Source of the DNA: Thalia democratica
Taxonomy: Eukaryota
DNA: 64,000 nucleotides
Direction: 5' to 3'
Assembly (NCBI GenBank): GCA_965202585.1
Contig: OZ241827.1
Location: 61,442,001 to 61,506,000 of the forward strand
A model generated the notes under the pieces. That model searched no databases, was not told the DNA's origin, and saw only the letters and a list, made by a program, of their open reading frames with translations. The translations under genes and the position numbers were made by a program. Of the stretch, positions 27,001-36,000 are shown in pieces (the first letter of the stretch is position 1; every line of letters starts with the position of its first letter).

Positions 27001-30000
27001 CTAAAAACCTATCTCCCACTTCATTTTTCAAGCAATCTTCTTCAAATTTTAGAAACTCTTCCTTACATTACAAGAAAAAAATTTAATTTATGAATTTAAA
27101 TAATAAAAATAAATAAAAATTTTATAAAAAAAAATGAAAAAAAAAGTCTTTTCTTTTTCAAAAAATAAAAATTTTACTACAAATTTATAAAATCATAAGT
27201 AATGTTTTCAGCTATTGTACAAAGATTAAACTGTTAAAGTTTGAAGAAAATTGCTTGAAAAATGTATAAGGAGATAGATTTTAAACAAAGTAGCCTTTTT
27301 TCGCTGTTTTAGTTTTCCCTTCCCATAGGGAACCTATTATGCAGCCCGACTTTAACTGATCATATCTCAAAAAATAATTCGAACTTTTTAAAACAACAAA
27401 AAGCATCTTAAAGCTTAAAACAAAATCTATAAAATAAGATCAACTTCTAAAAAACATGGCTTACCCCCCCTATGGCCTTAAACTACAAATAAATAGTCAA
27501 CTAAGTATAACAACTAATACCTCAAAATATTTTTCTCTGTGCAATTTCTAAATAATGTTTAATATCTATTTTAAATCAACAAAAAAGAATTGTATTAAAC
27601 TCAAAATAATTCATACTTTTGGTTTGTTGCCGCTTTTAATATACTATTTTAATCTTATGTATAATAATATTAAATCTTCAGTATTAAAATTGAAAGTTTT
27701 AAATTTTTAATTTTTGTAGAAGAAATCTAAAGCGCTAGTTTTTTTTTTAACTTCTACATTTGTACCTATATTACAATATAAAACTGTAAAAATAAATCTT
27801 AAAAAATGAAGAAAATTTATAATATAAACAAAATTAAAAATCAAAATTTCATACCACTTGAGTTATCCTGAGTGTGTGGAAAGATTACTAAAGATACTAA
27901 ATGTTTTTGATACAAAACAAAATGTTTAAAAGATAAATTTTTTAAGGTTAACTTTTTCAATGCTTTTAAAAATTCACAGAAATATAACTTTTCACTTATC
28001 TTAAAATAAATTTTTATAAGATCTTTACAGAATAGTATTTTTTTAAATTAGATTTAAAACTAAATAAATTTAAATTTAAAATTAATCTATTTTGTCTTTT
28101 AGACTAAAAATTGATTGTAAAAATTTTGTTTAACAAGTTGCTTAATTTTTTATTTAATTTATTTACAAGGCTACAATGTTTCTCCCCTAAGGGATCTTCA
28201 GGCCTGTAAAATAAGATAAACATAATACGATGGACAACTTAAGAAAATACAATAATGCAAAAAATTATTATTGAATTCAAATTAAAATTAAAAATGTATA
28301 GCGCTATTACTAGATAATTAGTTAACAAAATTAAAAGTTTTATAACAATGAAAAAGACTTTTTTTTAAAATTTTAAATATGATTTATACTTACAATAGAT
28401 GATTTGTTCTATATAGATTTGGATTTAGCTTATAACAAAACAAAATGGCGCTTAACAAATGAGGGTACAAGTAATAACAAAAACAGAACTAAGTGATAGA
28501 AAAATTTATACGCTAAGTTTTAAAATAAAATTTCCTAAAGTGCGGGCAGGTGTAGAAGAGCTCTTGTCTTTTGTTTAAAATTCGTTTCTTATTAGCAAGT
28601 GCTATTTCTATCTTTTCCAAATTGCAAGTCTTACAGATTTTACCTATATTCTTCATTTCCCTGATCTTGTGCATTTTGCTCCATCTTAAATCGTAGCTGG
28701 TGTTATTGTTTTTTAGTCTCCAAATGTACTTGGAAAGCTCTGTTCCCTTGTTGTTTTCATTCTTAATATCACTAATGTGCGCATACCATCTCTTTTTGAA
28801 CTGGCTTCCTGTGGATCCTATGTATTCTTTTGTTTCGTTCTGACTGGTATAAGTTTAACAAGTTGCTATTAATTAATTCATGATGAAACTAAAGAAATTT
28901 TAAAATAACTTGCTACAATTTTTTTTTTTTTTTAACTTTCTGGCTGATAGAATAACAAAGTTTGATTTGTTTCTTATTTTAATAAAAAAAGAAACTAGTT
29001 TTAATAAAAATTTCAAGTTTAGATAATTTAAACAATACTTTTTGTATAGTAAAATTTAAACTGTAATCACAGTATGAACTGTTTGTTTGTTATTTATTTT
29101 AATTTATTATTTTATTTTTTTCTGTTTTTTGTTATTTTCTTTTAAATTATGTTGTTAATATTTTTTATTCTTATCATCAACTTATATTTATTTTATTAGC
29201 AGTTGTTTATTGCTATTTTTACTTCAATTTGTTTATTCTTGAATCATTATCACTATAAAACAGATTTAGCTCTATGGTTTGTTAACAAAATATTAGCATT
29301 TGTCCTTGTAAAAAAATCTGTCATAAGGTTATACTACTGCGGTGCACTAACTAGTTGCGTACTGTTTGAGTCTAAATTCTTATGAAGTTAATGAAGTTAT
29401 AAAATTTTTCCTTATGGAGTTTTTCATCAACATTAATGCACATTTGAAATTACGCATCGAATCAGTATACTGGGTAATTTCCCTAACTTGTCACTAATTG
29501 GTATTCGAAATTTCATTTTACTTTTCAAATACTAGAAATACATAGTTGAAAAAAGGCAAATTAAGCAGAAAAATAAACTATAAAGGATAAAAATACTGCA
29601 TTTTTTTTTTACTTTACTTTTTTTTTTTTTGGTGACACACATGCGCCAGCGTTCCTCCCCACGCTACGCCCCTGGTCACAAGTACTTGTTAATGGAAAAG
29701 TAATTGAATGACATATAATTCTATCTAGACTAAAATTGTTGCAAACTAAGAGATCAAGTATGTTTCCAATTTTATGAGTTGGACTCTCGATTACCTAGGT
29801 TAAAAAACTATCCGTGCAAAAATTTTAAAAACACTAATGGAATTCATTATAGTCTGTGGTAAGAATTGTCCAATCCATGTTAGGCAGATTAAAGTCCCCA
29901 AAAACAAAAAAGAGTAGTCATTTGGAAAAAGTACTTTAATTTTATTTATATTTTTAACAGTCAGTGCACATTTTGCAGACAGTTGGGGATGGTAGACACC

Positions 30001-33000
30001 AAAAAATCCCAGTTTTATCTTTTTTCAATTACTTCTATATTTATGTATTGAAAATTATGCTGTTAATAGACATTGAATCTCTTTAAACTTTTAACACTTT
30101 AAGGAATTTTCTGTAAAGGATACAACACCTTCACCCCTACTTTTCCTACCGTTACAGACTATATTATAGTTAGAAGGACAGACTTTGGCATCGTTGACTT
30201 TAAGAGTCAACCATGTTTCACTAAGAAAAAACAAATCAGTATTATTCGTGTACAAATAGCTCTCTAAAAAATCAACTTTATTTAAAACAGATCTTATACT
30301 AGTGTACACAATTCTTAAATGTTTACTATTACAATTATTATAATTATCAAAGAAAACTTACTATTGAATTTATCAGATAGTTTTAAATGTTTAGAAATAT
30401 TTAGAACTATTGACTTACAGTTTTTGTTACTAATCCAAGAGCTTCTAGGAGCTTAAACGAAACGAATGTCTTGTTGATTCCATAATTTTGTTGTTCCTGA
30501 TTACGTATTTCTCGTTTAGATTAATCTGACGTGCTTTATTTTAACTTCTTATCTCAAGGTTCTGAATACTCTTGCTCTAAGATGATTTTGTCAGGGTTGA
30601 TATAAACATTTGTTTCAATTTCATCGTTCATAACTTTCAGATTTACCAGCTTTAATAGTCTGTGTTTAGAGGCTACATCATTAAATTTGATTAAGATCGG
30701 TCTTTTTAGAGTTGTAAACAATGAATGCTTTGAACAATAATCTACAATTTACAAATTTAAAATTTTATAATGAAAAAAACAGAAATAAATAGCTTAATGG
30801 TTGTAAGTTTAATTAAAGTTAACTTCAACTAACTCTACTGTTTACAACATAAATAATCAATCAAAAGATTTTTATGATAACAAATCTACAATTTTTTTTT
30901 ACACAGCACAAGTTTAAAATGCTTTCGTGATAATCTTTTCTCAGTAAACTTCAAAAACAATTTTTCATTTAAATGTTGGCTTATCTCTAAAGCAAAATTA
31001 CGCAAAACATTTATCTTACCAAATAAAAAAACAAAGTTTTATTTTTTATTGTTAACAACAGATCAGTAATGGTAGACTTTTTTCAGATTTTTAAGAAACT
31101 TTTACTTTTCATTTTATGTATGCTATTTACAGATTGTGGTCCATCACAAGATATACCAAACACAGTAAAAAGTGTGGATAAGGTAGCTAACGTCGATTCA
31201 GATACAATAGTTGAGCAAATTGTATCTTACACTTGCATACATCCGTACTTTTTACTACCAGAGGCTGTAGATACCACTCGTAATTGTGTAAACGGATCGT
31301 GGGTCTACAACGACTTTCAGTGTTTACAAAGTTAGTTAAAATAGGATGTCAATAATTTAAACTCGGTTTTTTTTAGATATTTTAATTTCTTATTATTTCA
31401 TAAACTGATTTAAGATGGAGCGGATAAGCTTAATACACTTTATTAAAAAGCAGTGTTGTATTTGTTTTAACAACTAATTTATAACGATATACTTTAAAAT
31501 TTTATTATTTGCTTTACCTTGTATAGAATTGTTTAAAGCTGAATAATTTTTTTTTTATTTAAACAAAATATTTTCAAATAAGTTTAAAAAAGTAATTAGC
31601 ATGAAACTTGAAATGATACCGATTTTGGAAACGTTTTAGAATGCAGCGAAATACCGAACGTAGACAATACTGAGTCTCACAGTATTACTAAACCGGTAAG
31701 TAGTGGTGGTAGTTATTTTAGTGGCACTGAACTGGATTACAAATGTGATGAAAATTTCGCGCCAAAAGTTACGAAATTGACTTGCGGTGAAGATGGTGAA
31801 TGGACCCCAGCTTTTCAGTGTTATCCAGGTTTTCATTTTGATTAAAAAATATTTTTGCTTTTCTTTCTTTAGTTTATATTTTTGACAACATATTTTTTTA
31901 CAAATTAGCTAATATATGTTATTTTTAAATGCCTTGTAATACAGTCTCAGACCTTACTCTTGTTTTATTTTACAAGTCTAAGGTTGTGTTAAAATACTTA
32001 CATGCATGTTTTGTTTTATAGTTAGTGTAGAAAAGAACGACTCGGTCAAGAAATAATTTTAAACAAGTATTGTTCGTTTAAAACTTTACCATCTCTTAAA
32101 AAAGCTTTAACATATCTTTATCATATCTTTTTCTAAAAATACTCCTTATGCTAAAGTATACCTTCAGACTGTGGAAAATCGCCGAACATACCTGGCACTA
32201 TTAAAAATGTACCCGAGCAAGTGGTTTTGTCTACAATTACACTAGAGTTCGTTGCTGAGTACACTTGCAAAGAAAATCACACTTTAACTCCAGAAGCATC
32301 AAACACTACTTACAAATGCATAGAAGGCCCGGCTTGGACAAGCTACAGCAGCTTTCAGTGTTTAAGAGGTATATCATAATAATAAAAAAGTTAAACTATA
32401 AAACACAATTATTTTTTTTTCAGAGTGCGAAAAACCTCCCTCTCTGAATATTTCAAGAGCAAGCTCGAGAATAGAATGGATTTCGGATGAAGGCTTGTAC
32501 TTGCAAGGCACCAAAGTGCACTACACTTGCAGCGACGGTTTTCTGATGAGCCCACCCGGTTTTGATGGGATTGTATGCGACAAAACTGGATCATGGGTGA
32601 CACCTGGACTTGAATTTTCAGGAGATCATCTGTGCATAAGAAGTTAGAATTAATTTCACTGTGCTATCAAAAAACTATTAAAATTCAAAGTTGTTTTTGT
32701 TGATTGGAAATTTTAACAAGAAAATAAACTTTTTGGATAAAAATATTGATATATTAAAAATTAATCAGACTTAGATCTTCACGTACGCGCCTCGAGTTTT
32801 AGTGTAACAGAGGACGTGGCTGGAGAATACAAACAGACTTCTCGTTGCGAAGTCACGGTGAACGAAAACGAATCCTTTTGTGCTGATTCAAATAACAGAG
32901 GGTTCAACGTTATCATTTTGAATCCGTTCGAAAAATACCTCATGTATAAGTATGAAATTTTTGACACTTATACTGTTGACTTGGAAAATACTTCTGTCCG

Positions 33001-36000
33001 TGGTCAGGTATCAATTGAAAACTTTACTATTATGCCTTGTTTTTGATACTTATCACAACGTTTTTTAAGTTTTGTAGTGCTTTTATGTTTTATAAGTTGT
33101 AAACATTTTAATTTTTTTTGTTTTTTTTCTAACACTTGTTTATAAATTAATTAAAGTTGAAATATATTTTTTTTACCTTTTACACTTGGAAGTACTAAAA
33201 GAATTAAACGGTTAAATATTTAGTTATAATCACATATTAATTTAATTTTAGCCAAAATTTTTATTTGTTGATGTTCAAAGTTTAATAATGATTTATTATT
33301 ATTTTAATTTATAGCAATTTCGAATCAGTATTAACATTTACTTATTAATGTTATACTCTATTTTTTTCTAAAGCTAGTTTTAACACATATCTTTTTTGTT
33401 ACAGCTTGGAAGTATGTCTGATTATATAAGAAATAATGCTAAAGATTTTGAAGTGGTTATTATAGGTGTGGTTGATGCTATAGACTGGGGAGACTTTACA
33501 GCGAATCAAATGGACGAAGTAAATTACCTGATAGACAATTTAGGCGCATTACAAGATCGTTGTACTGGCTTTAGGTTTTATGGAGGTTTCTTTTTGTATT
33601 TTTATTTCGTTTATAGTTTCTTTTTTTGTTATAAACGACCTGATAGCACAATTGGTATAAATTTTATAAAGTAGTTTATTTTACTTTACAGGTGTACATT
33701 TAAACTGAAGTATACTTTTATAAATCAATCTACCCAAATTAAATTTAGTTTAGCAAACTGCAATCTGTTAAAGATAGTTTCTTAGAACAGCAATGTGTTA
33801 TATTGTATTTTAAGTTTAAAATATGTTGTTTATACAATAGTAAATAAGAAAAAGAGCTAACTTGCTAACTATTTAGTTTTGCAACATTATGTTTTTTTTT
33901 TTTATTTACACTAAACTCAACGAAACTATGACTGCCGGCAAACAATTATTTTAGTTTAATCTGATCATTGATCTATAAAATACACCCGTTGCTCATAAAA
34001 GGTGCCGATCCTCGGCTTAGTTCGACACCCAACCTTGTAGGGTTGCCTTTTTGATTGTTGTTATAATGAGTTTTTTAAACAGTAATTTTAGTAAAATAGT
34101 TACAGTCATTGATTTGTTTTATTAAACACATAAAAACCGTATAAATGCTTTTGAGTCTTAAACATACTATGATGAAACCATTAACACTATGTCATTTAAG
34201 ACTCCAAAAAACTTTAAATTATTATTTTCTAAATTAGTATATAGTTTTAATTGTAATAAATGTACTTGTAGGTAAAAGTTGTACTGTTTAATGTGAAGCG
34301 TTTTGATAGTTTATGTTTATTATTTATAACTTAGTCTAAATCTTCTATGAAGATCAACTGTAAGTAAATAGAATTAACTTTTATTTTTAATCCGAAGAAC
34401 GTCATCACAAGGCTTGAAATATGTTGTATATAACAAGTTTATTTCAGTCTTAATATAAATTTTACTAAACTATTAAGCTTTTTAGAATTCGTGTCACTGT
34501 CTGACCGTAAACATTTTATTCAAAATCAAATATCACAACCGTTACAACTGTTAAATCAATACAACCTAAACCTAAAAATTTAAATAAATTAGTTGAAGTT
34601 ACTTTTCATAGATATTTAAAAATGCACAGTTGAAAAAAAGTTTCAAAAACAACAACGGACAAAAATCAGACTTAAAAGTATCACCAGACATTATTTTCAT
34701 CGACTTTTTAATTGGAAATAATGATTTAATAGTTTAAAGCTGTCAATCGTGATTCAAACTAAGAATAATATCAAAAAGTAATTAAGGGTTTTTCATATTT
34801 TAGTTTTGTGCTTAATGTTTAAATGATTTAATTTATTCGTTTTTAGTAAAGCGTTTTTAATTATTTATTTTTTGCACTTTTAATAAATAGTTAAAAGACT
34901 TTCAAAAATAGTTTGGATGATTCCTTAGGTTTTGTTTAATAATTTCAACATAAAACTACTTTCAATTTATACATCAAGTATTGGTTTTTGTGAAATCAAG
35001 TCGTTTATTATTAAAAATGATTTTTTTTTTACAAACTCATAGTTAATGCTAAATTTTTGCATCCTGAACTGATTGTTTTTGATTTTGTGTGTAACTAATA
35101 TGTTTTACCACAGAAAGGCAATCATACGCCCTAGTGAGTCACAAACGTCCAGAAAATGGTCTCCGCGCCGAATGGACAAGGTGTACCAACCTAGCAGATA
35201 TTGCTCCGTACTCCAGTACACATGATCTAAACTTTAAGCCAATAGAAAGTTTACTTTTTTAATTGCATATTATTATTTTTCACTTGCCTAATATGTATAC
35301 TTTAGTTTCTACTAACTACATAACTTAATTACTTTTTATGTAAGCTGAGTTTAACGTTTAAAAATTTACTAATAGTAGTAAATATACTTACCAGTAATAA
35401 TTATGCGTTTGCTACCAATATTGTTATCAAATAATAACTAATAAAGAAAAAAAAAGCTTATATTAAAAATAAAATGCAAATTACGTAGTAAAGTCCAACT
35501 TTAACAAAAACATATTTAATTAATTTGAAATATTTTCTCATTTCTATTTCTAATGATTTGTTTGGAAGCAGTTCACAACACAACTGTTGTATCAGGTTAA
35601 CAACTAAATAATTTCGAGAAGCGGTTTAATATTTTTGTAAAATATCTTTTACAAACTTTCTATTCTACCAAGTCTTTACTTCACTTTTTCATAGCTTTAT
35701 AGAGTTTTTTCAATCACATTAAGGGCATAGAAGGGGAGGGGGTCAAACATTTTTTTTACAAAAACTAATGTTGGCTCCTGTTTTAAAGCTTAGAATATAC
35801 GATACATTTTATAGAAAATTAAACAAAAAAATTTCAGTTAACTATTGAAACATAAAAATTTTTGTAAAAATTTTCCGATACAACTGTATCGAAGCAAAAA
35901 TTTTCAAGGTTATGTAAGCTGATTCTTCATAATTTCTTCGCAATTTTGAAAAATTTACTAAAAATCTATTTCCTCCTTCACTTTCAAAATAATTTAATTC

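Larger units (their letters stand above)
26877..29674. mobile_element. Non-autonomous hAT element (2798 bp)
   Basis: TIRs CAGTGGCGTAGCGTGG and CCACGCTACGCCCCTG; perfect 8-bp TSD GTCACAAG (26869-26876 and 29675-29682); no transposase seen. Confidence 0.92.
25400..30720 (-). mobile_element. Degraded CR1/L2-clade LINE, interrupted by a hAT insertion (outer limits approximate)
   Basis: Minus-strand remnants in order: ORF1 RPILIKF...VYINPD (30500-30720); endonuclease LSETWL...GDFNLP (29870-30310); RT NYRPISLTS, GFVPNRS, AFDSVSH, SGVPQG (25630-26050); C-terminal WNKLPQEVV (about 25540). Many stops and frameshifts. Confidence 0.85.
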
